Source: Haliscomenobacter hydrossis DSM 1100 (GTDB lineage Bacteria; Bacteroidota; Bacteroidia; Chitinophagales; Saprospiraceae). Taken from it: a stretch of 52,634 bases of DNA. The first letter of the stretch is position 1; every line of letters begins with the position of its first letter. The translations under genes and the position numbers were made by a program. Below, piece by piece: positions 1 through 8,348 of this stretch. Location: positions 1 through 52,634 of the forward strand of contig CAMDWC010000001.1 in assembly GCA_945878825.1 (NCBI GenBank), given 5' to 3'. The notes below the pieces were generated by a model. It saw only the letters and a list, made by a program, of their open reading frames with translations, ran no database searches and had not been told where the DNA came from.

Positions 1-213
1 GTTAAGGATGAAATTCTGATTAGCGATAATCCTAAAAAATACGAAAGTACCGTCATTGGTAAAGGTATCGCAGGAATCAAAGATATTCTAAAGGTTCTTG
101 ATACCATGAAAAATAAACCTGAGTTAATCATTGAACAGGAGGCCTATCAAAATGTAGATCCTATAGCATGTATGAAAGAAAACTATGATATGATGAAAAC
201 CTGGGGATATTAA
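1..213 (+). CDS. sugar phosphate isomerase/epimerase-like protein, C-terminal fragment (5' end outside window)
   Basis: Frame 1 is open from the window edge to TAA at 211-213. The tail ...ELIIEQEAYQNVDPIACMKENYDMMKTWGY resembles C-termini of xylose-isomerase-like TIM-barrel proteins. The match is short and weak. Confidence 0.35.
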   Translation, partial: VKDEILISDNPKKYESTVIGKGIAGIKDILKVLDTMKNKPELIIEQEAYQNVDPIACMKENYDMMKTWGY

Positions 214-216
214 TTT

Positions 217-957
217 ATGGAACTACAGAACAAAATAGCAGTCATCACTGGCGGCGCAAATGGCATTGGCAGAGAGACAGCCGATTTGTTTCTGAAAAAT
301 GGAGCAACTGTAATTATTTGGGATATAGATGATATCAACGGTGAAAAGGAAGTAGATACCTGGAATGCACAGGGATTTACTTCCTTTTTTTACAAAGTGA
401 ATACAGCATTTGCCGAGGAGGTTGAAAATGCGACAAAGAACGTTATAGAAAAGGTAAAGAAAATTGATATTCTAATCAACAATGCTGGAATCACCAGAGA
501 TGCTGCACTGAAAAACATGACCTTTACGCAATGGCAACAAGTGATTGATGTAAATCTGAGCGGTGTTTTTCATTGCACCAAATCCATTTCCCCCTATATG
601 GTTGCTCAACAATCTGGCAGAATCATTAATGCAGCCTCTGTTGTTGCACACAATGGATCCTTTGGTCAATCCAATTATGTTGCTGCGAAAGCTGGAGTTA
701 TTGGACTGACAAAAGTGTGGGCAAGGGAATTAGGAAGTAAAGGAATTACGGTAAATGCTGTAGCTCCAGGGTTTATAGAAACGGAAATGACCGCAGTTTT
801 AGGTACCGACTTTATGGATGAATTATTAAAAAGAACCCCAGTTCGCCGCATAGGTCAACCCATTGACATAGCCAATGCTTACTTGTTTTTAGCCTCAGAA
901 AAAACAAGCTTTATTACCGGCACCTGCCTGAATGTTGATGGAGGATTAACATTATAG
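217..957 (+). CDS. fabG: SDR-family 3-oxoacyl-ACP reductase (FabG-like)
   Basis: 246 aa with the TGGANGIG Rossmann motif, NNAG, catalytic S...YVAAK, and a typical C-terminus ITGTCLNVDGG. Confidence 0.85.
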   Translation: MELQNKIAVITGGANGIGRETADLFLKNGATVIIWDIDDINGEKEVDTWNAQGFTSFFYKVNTAFAEEVENATKNVIEKVKKIDILINNAGITRDAALKNMTFTQWQQVIDVNLSGVFHCTKSISPYMVAQQSGRIINAASVVAHNGSFGQSNYVAAKAGVIGLTKVWARELGSKGITVNAVAPGFIETEMTAVLGTDFMDELLKRTPVRRIGQPIDIANAYLFLASEKTSFITGTCLNVDGGLTL

Positions 958-962
958 CAACA

Positions 963-1367
963 TTATTTTCTAAAATCAATGTCAAAATAGGCCCCAACGA
1001 GAAAAAATGCTCGTCCAATTTCATCATTTATTTTATAGTCAAATTGCCTCATGTAGCCTAGCTGTGTGGAAAATATTGCGGAAAGCCTGTAATTAGCGGA
1101 GAGAAAAAATCTATTTCTTTCGAAATAAGGTTCATTGTCGGTAAAGAAAATCTCATTACTTACAGAAAACTGAAAGGGCTTAAATCCTTTTGTATTTTTT
1201 CCAAAAGGATAATTTAATCCTAAGCGATATCGAAATCTATTTCGATAACCACTTTTTGTAAATCTCATTTCAACTCTTCCTCTTTGCTCAACGATAAATT
1301 TACCCAGTTGCTGGGTTAATAATAATTGAGTCCAAAGCCTCAATTCATCATTATTTTTTGGCAACAC
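963..1367 (-). pseudogene. DUF2490-family protein, 5'-truncated
   Basis: 134 aa homologous to the C-terminal ~60% of the DUF2490 paralog at 2656-3309 (shared pattern R.R.R(Y/F)R.GL...SNEIF...E.NR). It has no signal peptide and a GTG start, and abuts the IS21 remnant. Confidence 0.6.
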
Positions 1368-1390
1368 AAAATCTCCTCACTCTTTGTATC

Positions 1391-1830
1391 TCAGAATATA
1401 TTATAAGGAAATAAAGCCATTAGCGCTGCATCATCAAGCTCATTTAAATCGCTGTAATCAAAATTATGTGCCTCAAAAATGCGAACGTATGCGTTCACTG
1501 TGTTACTGTGTAATCTTGAGCATATCAGCAACTTTCCTGTTACTGTTACCATCCTTTTTAAGCCTGATTATTTGTCTTAGTTCCATGATGTTAATTCTTA
1601 ATCCTGCCAACGTCAAAGTTTTTTTGACGAGGATAACTAAATCATGAATAACCGGCACAATGGCGACCGGAATAGTTTTTCAATGCTAGTCAGTTCCAAT
1701 GCTATTGGCACAATGGCGAATGGAACGAATCCACAATCGACACAAACCCATTTTCAACTTAATAGCAAATATTAGTGGCACTATATCACCGGATTGGGTG
1801 GCACAATGGCAGGTTCTTCGTCACTTTTGG
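1391..1830 (-). mobile_element. IS21-family left-end remnant (terminal repeats plus frameshifted IstA N-terminus)
   Basis: Minus strand 1586->1391 reads MELRQIIRLKKDGNSNRKVADMLKITQ*, then after a +1 shift NTVNAYVRIFEAHNFDYSDLNELDDAALMALF. This is the HTH N-terminus typical of IstA. Multiple terminal repeats lie upstream, and the rest of istA/istB is absent. Confidence 0.6.
1654..1811. repeat. three direct copies of GGCACAATGGC(G/A), putative IS21 multiple terminal repeats
   Basis: Copies at 1654-1666, 1707-1719 and 1800-1811, with a degenerate copy near 1777. They sit just upstream of the IstA start, as in IS21-family ends. Confidence 0.55.
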
Positions 1831-1940
1831 TGATTACATTTATATTAAGCCCACATTCTTGTCAATCACACCCTTTTCAATGAAGTTTTCTGTTAATATG
1901 AGTCCCTGTAGTCGGTCATTTATATTTTTCTAATTAGAAA

Positions 1941-2276
1941 TCAAATATGAAATTTCACCAAAATTGACGAAGAACCCAATTTGACCGGAATATTCAGTTT
2001 AACCCCTTTATTTCTCAATGTAAATAGAAATTCAACTTCTCGTGTAAATCTATCAAGTTTTGTAAATAATAGAGTGAATCCACGTTTAATACACAAATTT
2101 GTGGTGTATTCTAATTTCGTTCGATTATTATTTTTACCACTCTCTTGCTTAACTACTACTTCAATTAAGTTGTCTCCGGATGATTGTATAAATTGATTGA
2201 TTCTTGATTGTTGTTCTTCTAATCCAAGTAGTTGACGACCTGTACTCTTTCGAACGCATGCGATGTAATTTTCCAT
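1941..2276 (-). pseudogene. serine recombinase (resolvase/invertase) N-terminal stub
   Basis: 111 aa with YIACVRKSTGRQ (catalytic Ser context), ..ESGKNNNR.. and LFTKLDRFTREVEF motifs. The C-terminal HTH domain is missing and the ORF tail is non-homologous. Confidence 0.6.
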
Positions 2277-2655
2277 GTTTTTATGTTTTGGCTAATATAA
2301 CAGCCATAACTTAAAATGCCATAAACGTGGGTTTAAGATTTTATATTTTAGCGTTTTGCTAGAGAATTTACTAGCAAAATCACTATCTTCCTGAAAATTC
2401 GGCAAGATGTTACCCTAACTGATCATCATACGCATCCGAACTCATATCAATGTCATATCCTGAAGTGTCTCCTAATTAGTATTCAACATTTATATTGTAC
2501 AAAAGCTGGTATTCAATTAGAGCGACAATGAAACAGCAGACATCTTCTTTTGTTCCTCCTAATACAACCTTTGGTGAATCAATACCATTACGTGTCATCA
2601 TTGAATAGATTATTCATTAAAATATACCCCTAATTACATTGAATTAATTAAGTCT

Positions 2656-3309
2656 TTAAATATTAATTATATTCACTAATTGAATAAAATTTCTTCCACT
2701 CTCATCGTTCTTTCTATTATCAATTTGATTCAAGAAATTTAATTGAATTTCATATCTTTTATTCACTGTATTTTTCAAACCTATCAAAATTCTATTTTTC
2801 TCAAAAGTTGAATTACTTCCTCCAATAGCCAAGAAAATCTCATTTGAAAATTGAGCTTTAATTGACTTACTAACACTAGCTTGTAATCCAAATCGATACC
2901 TCAGTCTATAGGCCAAAGTGTTTCTATCAATAAAATAGCGTTGTTCAATTCTGTACCTATTATCAAGGGATATAAAACCAAATCTTTGAACGGTTAAAGC
3001 CTGTAAGGATTGCCTAAATTCGTCTGTTACAATAGGTTTCATAAAGTCTCCTCCATCCGAAAATGTATTATGCTTCCCCATCAAAACAGATAAAACTAAA
3101 TTGTCATTATACTTATAATTTGCAGTAAAGTTTATTTCATTATAGTGAAAATTATGATAAAATTTCAGAGACCTTAACTGAACCTCCAATTGACAGCTAA
3201 TTACTTTATCCGTATTTTTTCTTACATCTAAAACATTCCAAGACCCGATTGCTTGAGAAAGTAAGCTTGTACTTGATAATATAATAATGGTAGTCAATCT
3301 AAACTTCAT
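2656..3309 (-). CDS. DUF2490 domain protein with signal peptide
   Basis: 217 aa with an N-terminal signal peptide and repeated R.RYR beta-strand-like motifs. It is a paralog of 963-1367 and lies 12 bp downstream of 3321-4445. Confidence 0.7.
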   Translation of the reverse strand: MKFRLTTIIILSSTSLLSQAIGSWNVLDVRKNTDKVISCQLEVQLRSLKFYHNFHYNEINFTANYKYNDNLVLSVLMGKHNTFSDGGDFMKPIVTDEFRQSLQALTVQRFGFISLDNRYRIEQRYFIDRNTLAYRLRYRFGLQASVSKSIKAQFSNEIFLAIGGSNSTFEKNRILIGLKNTVNKRYEIQLNFLNQIDNRKNDESGRNFIQLVNIINI

Positions 3310-3320
3310 GTCTACTTTAT

Positions 3321-4445
3321 TTACGAAAAGTTGATAGAAACATAAATAAGGATGGAATTAATAATAATAAAAAATGCAAACATGGTCACATTAATTACCA
3401 TATTCATCCTTTTTTCAAAAGTATCTATTTGCCCATCTTTAAAAATAATTGCTGGCAAAATGGCTAATAAAGCCATCATGATAATAATTACGACAACACA
3501 AAAGGCATTAATTAATTCTGCTAATGAATAAATATTGGTCGCTGGAAGTTTTGATGCCAATATATAATTTGCGCCTGCTGTGGTAAAAAGCGCTCCCACC
3601 GTATACCTACTAGAGTCACTTGAAAATGGTGCTATGAATGTTACAAAAACGGCAACATATAAAATTAAAAATAGTTTCAAAATGACTGAAAGCCCCCCTT
3701 TATAAATCCTGAAAGCCATCCTAAATTGCGAAAATTCAATTTTATATCCTGATGTAAATTTAGGGTTCCCTCGAGCGGATTTGTACGCATGTGATTTTTC
3801 TATGAGTTTAACGTCATTGCTACTTTCATAGCCATTAACCATAACTCTAGAGCTTACTTTAGAATCAATTGTATCTGGTTCAAAATATACTTTTGTTCTA
3901 TCTAACCACTTGTGTTCTATGGGAATGATTAAATCATGTTTATCGATCGGATAAAGTGAAACATCAAAAAATTGAGTATTTTTTGCTTTTACAAAATATT
4001 GAACATACTCAATGTTAGTTTTTTTATCAGAATACCGTTCAACAAGGTCACATTTTAAAATATCACCATTTACAATCGTAAAAGGCAATATTTTATTAAC
4101 TTTATCTCCTAAAAAGTCCACTTCATTTGACTTCCATTTAAACCACAAATAAAACTCATAGGTCCAGGATGATTCCTTTATATCTAAGTTCTCCACCCTT
4201 TCTAGGTAGGTGCCTATATATACTTTTTTTGAATTAAAAGGTATTTTTGATGTTTCTGATTTTGTTTTACCAGGGTCCGGAACCTTAGGGTCCATTGTTT
4301 TAGCCATATTAGTTGAGACTAATGTTGACATCCCTTTTATCAAATAGGTTATTTTAACTGAGTAATATAAGCCTGAAAATAGAATTACTGCAAAAATAAT
4401 AATTAAAATGTAGTGTGAAGTTGGCCTAGTGAATAGTTTTGTCAT
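3321..4445 (-). CDS. pentameric ligand-gated ion channel (pLGIC)-like membrane protein
   Basis: 374 aa with an N-terminal anchor helix and a ~200-aa beta-rich domain carrying YIGTYLERVENLDIKESSWTYEFYLWFKWKS (pLGIC beta1-beta2 / W.D..L.W-like). Four C-terminal TM helices follow, with an M2-M3-like motif ASKLPATNIYSLAELINAF. Confidence 0.5.
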   Translation of the reverse strand: MTKLFTRPTSHYILIIIFAVILFSGLYYSVKITYLIKGMSTLVSTNMAKTMDPKVPDPGKTKSETSKIPFNSKKVYIGTYLERVENLDIKESSWTYEFYLWFKWKSNEVDFLGDKVNKILPFTIVNGDILKCDLVERYSDKKTNIEYVQYFVKAKNTQFFDVSLYPIDKHDLIIPIEHKWLDRTKVYFEPDTIDSKVSSRVMVNGYESSNDVKLIEKSHAYKSARGNPKFTSGYKIEFSQFRMAFRIYKGGLSVILKLFLILYVAVFVTFIAPFSSDSSRYTVGALFTTAGANYILASKLPATNIYSLAELINAFCVVVIIIMMALLAILPAIIFKDGQIDTFEKRMNMVINVTMFAFFIIINSILIYVSINFS

Positions 4446-4638
4446 AATTTACTAAAGTTTCGGAGTTGATAAAAATCTGATTATCAGATAAATAAAATCA
4501 CAAAAAAGTTGCATTTAAATAGATTAATTAGAATTATGCAATTTTGTACTTTAATTTCGTTAAAAGTAGTACTTTTTTCAAATACTCTAATATTAAATAA
4601 TAGTTAAATAAAGCATATTGCATTTTGTTTAATCAAAT

Positions 4639-5005
4639 CTAATTTTTTGGGCAGGCTCCAATAAATTGATCAAATAGTTCTTTCAATTGTGCTTCTTCTC
4701 GAAATCCCGATGTTTTTTGTAACAATTTCCCTTTCTGGAATACCAAAAAAACTCGAGATTTCGTCTATCTCATATTTTTGCAATACCACCTGATTGCCAT
4801 CGGCCTCCACTTTCAATACGGTTACTTTGCCTTTATAATCATTAGAAAGTTTATCGACCGTTTGCATCATTTTTAGACAAGGGGCGCACCATTTAGCATA
4901 AAAATCCACCACCACAGCATTTTCTCCTTGAATTAATTTTTCAAAAGCGCTAAGGTCCCAGTCTTGATTATGGCTAACGGAAGGAACTCCTTCCAAAGGC
5001 TTCAA
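4639..5005 (-). pseudogene. thioredoxin-fold protein, frameshifted near 3' end
   Basis: The ORF 4670-5005 has VVVDFYAKWCAPCLKM (a CxxC motif). The expected C-terminal strand and helix (VFLVFQKGKLLQKTSGFREEAQLKELFDQFI) are encoded in another frame that ends at TAG 4639-4641. Confidence 0.6.
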
Positions 5006-5043
5006 TTTAGTCGTCCAGTTTAAATAGCCGCCCTGATGCTCGG

Positions 5044-5247
5044 TTACTTGAAATCAATATTAGTCGCCTTAGGCAAATGGCCTCCGCCAAATTCAACGGC
5101 TGTCCTTACATCTAGTAAAAAAGCATTAGATGTTATTAATAATTTCTTTTCAAAAGATTCGACAGGAAGATTTTGGGCAAATACCGAAAACATGAGTGCC
5201 AAAAATGTGCCGACAAAAACTAGTTTGTAAAGCGAGTATGTTTTCAT
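5044..5247 (-). pseudogene. rhodanese-like domain fragment with signal peptide
   Basis: 67 aa with a signal peptide followed by FLLDVRTAVEFGGGHLPKATNIDF. The ORF stops there, and the rhodanese end (QGGYLNW) continues in the thioredoxin frame. The catalytic-Cys loop region is absent. Confidence 0.5.
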
Positions 5248-5439
5248 AAAAATTTTATTTACAGATAATTAATATGTTAATTGGCGTAAATCAAAGGATT
5301 TTATCCAAAAAATGTATTTAGTTATAAGGTTGAAGGCCAAGAAGGGGATATGCAATTTGTCAAAGGTAATTTGGTATTAAAGGAACATAAAGAAAGAGGA
5401 AAGCAAGTTTTCTAGTTTGAAAGTGAATGGAATAGTTTT

Positions 5440-6021
5440 GTGAAATTTGTATCTGAAATGGAATTTAATGATGCTGATTATTTTAAAAATCCAGATCGAA
5501 ATGGTATTATTAGGGAAGGAATTTGTTTTTTTCTAAATCGTATTGGTGTTTCCATACCTATTTACCCAAATCAATTTTTATTAGGTTCTGGTCTGGAAGA
5601 TCCAATGGTTATTTATGGGTATAATCCGCCCACGATCACAGAACGTTTAGGTATGGTCACTACAAGAGTAGGCCAGGGAGCTTACAGAAAAAGTATTTTA
5701 TATCGTTGGGAATATCAATGTTCGGTAACCAATTTTAATAAACTTGATATATTAATTGCTTCGCATATTGTAACATGGGAACAATCAAATGACGCTAAAA
5801 GGTTGGACGTTCAAAATGGAATTCTTTTTTCTCAAACATATGAAGCCCTATTTGATAAATATCTGATCACTTTCAATCAAAAAGGAAAAATAATTTTATC
5901 TGATAAAATAGAACATTCAGCCTATCAGAAAATTGGAGTTACAGGTAACGAGCAAATCCGCGAGTTGAGTCCATATAATATTCATTATTTAGATAGACAT
6001 AATCAGATATTTGCATCATAA
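5440..6021 (+). CDS. HNH endonuclease (HNH_2-type)
   Basis: 193 aa with RVGQGAYRKSILYRWEYQCSVTNF...IASHIVTWEQS...NGILFSQTYEALFDKYLITF, the HNH_2 signature. It has a GTG start, and an in-frame TAG 27 nt upstream separates a further 41-codon open stretch. Confidence 0.75.
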   Translation: MKFVSEMEFNDADYFKNPDRNGIIREGICFFLNRIGVSIPIYPNQFLLGSGLEDPMVIYGYNPPTITERLGMVTTRVGQGAYRKSILYRWEYQCSVTNFNKLDILIASHIVTWEQSNDAKRLDVQNGILFSQTYEALFDKYLITFNQKGKIILSDKIEHSAYQKIGVTGNEQIRELSPYNIHYLDRHNQIFAS

Positions 6022-6038
6022 ATCTACAGTATTCTCAA

Positions 6039-6284
6039 TTACCTCCTCATCATCGTCCTCATCAGCCAATTCATAATTAAAGCCATTTTTTCGAAATATT
6101 CATTATAGATATTCCCTCGATAAATAAACTTGCAATTTCCATCCTCCTCGTTTTCAAATCCTATACTTCCATTCTGCATGCACCACAAAAGGGTAATCAT
6201 GTAGGTTAGGTCATTCGGAGTTCCTTCGATAATGATGTTTTCATTGAGGTCTAGCTGAAACTGTTCTTGCAGTCTAAACATCAT
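6039..6284 (-). CDS. hypothetical protein (possibly frameshifted remnant)
   Basis: 81-aa ORF. After an A6 run, an alternative frame encodes an acidic tail NGFNYELADEDDDEEVIENTVDL. The upstream region carries broken coding-like frames. Confidence 0.3.
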   Translation of the reverse strand: MMFRLQEQFQLDLNENIIIEGTPNDLTYMITLLWCMQNGSIGFENEEDGNCKFIYRGNIYNEYFEKMALIMNWLMRTMMRR

Positions 6285-6559
6285 CCCATTGAGATAATTT
6301 ATATAGTTTGTGAACTTCCTTTAATTTAAGTGAAGTTCTTCCTTTGGCATTTCCAAACAATGGCGTCAAATTAGCAACATGTTAATAAATGCTGTTGTAT
6401 CATTTTGGGGGTAGTTATTTACACTATTGTTATCTAACCTATATTAGAGAGTTTGTTTTTTCCTGCATCAAGTATATTTTGACTATGTAAGGATACAAAT
6501 CCCATTAAAAAAAAGGTTAATAAAAGGATTTTATTCATTCAAAATCAAATAAAGAATAG

Positions 6560-7744
6560 TTATTTTGAAGTAAATACATCCTCCAAAGTTGATTGCAATT
6601 TATCCCCTCTCAAATTTTTGCCAATAATTTTACCTTCTCTATCCAATAAATAATTTTGAGGAATTGCTTGAATGCCGTAGGCTTTAGCTACTTCATTGTT
6701 CCAATAATTCAAATCAGAAAGGTGAGTCCATGTTAGATTATCGTCATAGATAGCTTTCAACCATTTTTCTTTAGCCGTTGGCTGGTCTAAGGAAATACCC
6801 AGAACAGTAAATCCTTTTTCCTCATATTTTTGAAAAGCCTTAACTACATTAGGATTTTCCTGGCGACAAGGTCCACACCAGCTCGCCCAAAAATCAATTA
6901 GCACGTATTTTCCTTTAAATGAAGCCAGACTTACATCAATACCTGCCGTGTCCTTCTGAGTAAACGGAATAGCATACTGACCAACATCTGTTTTCTTTGC
7001 TTTTTCAATTCTGTCTTTCATCAACTTTGCAGACGGCAGATTTTTGATATTCTCAGGTAATTGATTGAATAATGGCTCTGTTTTTGAAGCCTCAATGGCA
7101 TAACCTGCATATTGATTTAGGGCATAAATGGTAACAGCCGATTTATTCATTGGTGAAGTCAGAAATGGCAGATAAATACTTTCCTTTACGATATTATCCA
7201 AAGAATCCATTGAAAGTTCTAATTTATCCATAGTTGGTGTATCTTTTGCCTTTCTGGCCACCATATAAGCTTCATTTAGCGCTTTGAAACCTGGATCATA
7301 CGTTGAAACTTTAGCTCTTAAGGCCATGTACTCCCCGTGCGTCCCAGAACCAGTCACTGTACTATTTCCAATAGAATCAATAGCAGTAACCGATATTTTG
7401 CCTTCCTCCAGATATACGCTGAATATATCCCGGGCATAATTAATCATTTGCACCTTTGCGGTATCCGAACTTTTTGCATAAACCACGCGCAATTGGGAAA
7501 GAACAGGCTCATCTAATTTCATTTCAAATTGAGCAACTTTTCCCTCTGAAACCAAGGCACTATCTGTAAATCGCTGGCTTGTCGCATAATTATAATAAGT
7601 AACAAACACCTTTTCTACTGGTTTTTGTATGGTCTTGACATCTACTTTCAAGGTTAGATTAGGGGCTGGTTTAACCGTTTCCTGACCAATGGCCAAATAG
7701 GAGTAAAAGGTTAGAAAAAGTAAGCAGATGGTTCTCATTTTCAA
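6560..7744 (-). CDS. TlpA/ResA-family thiol-disulfide oxidoreductase with N-terminal extension
   Basis: 394 aa with a signal peptide and a C-terminal thioredoxin fold (KGKYVLIDFWASWCGPCRQENP ... GISLD). Confidence 0.85.
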   Translation of the reverse strand: MKMRTICLLFLTFYSYLAIGQETVKPAPNLTLKVDVKTIQKPVEKVFVTYYNYATSQRFTDSALVSEGKVAQFEMKLDEPVLSQLRVVYAKSSDTAKVQMINYARDIFSVYLEEGKISVTAIDSIGNSTVTGSGTHGEYMALRAKVSTYDPGFKALNEAYMVARKAKDTPTMDKLELSMDSLDNIVKESIYLPFLTSPMNKSAVTIYALNQYAGYAIEASKTEPLFNQLPENIKNLPSAKLMKDRIEKAKKTDVGQYAIPFTQKDTAGIDVSLASFKGKYVLIDFWASWCGPCRQENPNVVKAFQKYEEKGFTVLGISLDQPTAKEKWLKAIYDDNLTWTHLSDLNYWNNEVAKAYGIQAIPQNYLLDREGKIIGKNLRGDKLQSTLEDVFTSK

Positions 7745-7820
7745 TAATTTTTAGGATATGTATCAAATATACTTATTAAAATCTATTTTTGTTAAATAAA
7801 TAAAAATCAACCAATGCTTT

Positions 7821-8348
7821 ATGGAAAATACTAATTCAAATATTAACGGACTTTTAGGTCTTGCCGTTTTCATCTTGTTTATAGGTATTTTTTATGCAGG
7901 AGCTGCAAAAAAGGTGGTCATTTATTACGATACAAAAGATTTATTTATCTCTGTTGGGGCATTGATAACTCCACTAATGATTTATGTTTTATTACAGGAA
8001 GAAAAAATTGAATCAGAAATGGTAAAGGCAGTTATTTATTATGTTATAGCTCCAACATTAGGACTATTATCACTATATCTACTATACCTTAATTTCAACA
8101 ACGGCATTTTTCATAACAAAAATCTTACTTTAGGATTGGTCATTGGAATTTTCAAACTCGTTTATGTAATTTTAGCCTTTGCCGTTATTCTGGCACAATT
8201 TTCTGACGCTAAAGATAGAAGAAGATCTTTTGGGGATATTATAGTTGCCACCTTAATTGTAGGCCTGGCTATTTGGGTTACCAGTGTACTTGTCAATGGC
8301 AAAGAAGTTTATAAGCAAAAAGGTTGGACATTACCTGCAACCAGTTAA
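7821..8348 (+). CDS. hypothetical multi-pass membrane protein
   Basis: 175 aa with about five hydrophobic helices. No recognisable motif. Confidence 0.5.
   Translation: MENTNSNINGLLGLAVFILFIGIFYAGAAKKVVIYYDTKDLFISVGALITPLMIYVLLQEEKIESEMVKAVIYYVIAPTLGLLSLYLLYLNFNNGIFHNKNLTLGLVIGIFKLVYVILAFAVILAQFSDAKDRRRSFGDIIVATLIVGLAIWVTSVLVNGKEVYKQKGWTLPATS

Noticed and set aside
1384-1647. 87-aa plus-strand ORF
   Set aside because: It is the antisense shadow of the IS21 IstA fragment. It is a hydrophobic, low-complexity product with no motif, and the minus-strand reading has clear transposase similarity.
6434-6538. 34-codon minus-strand ORF encoding a signal-peptide-like MNKILLLTFFLMGFVSLHSQ...
   Set aside because: It is too short to support on its own, and the downstream frames are riddled with stops. 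It may be the leader of a decayed gene continuous with 6039-6284, but I cannot reconstruct that gene convincingly.
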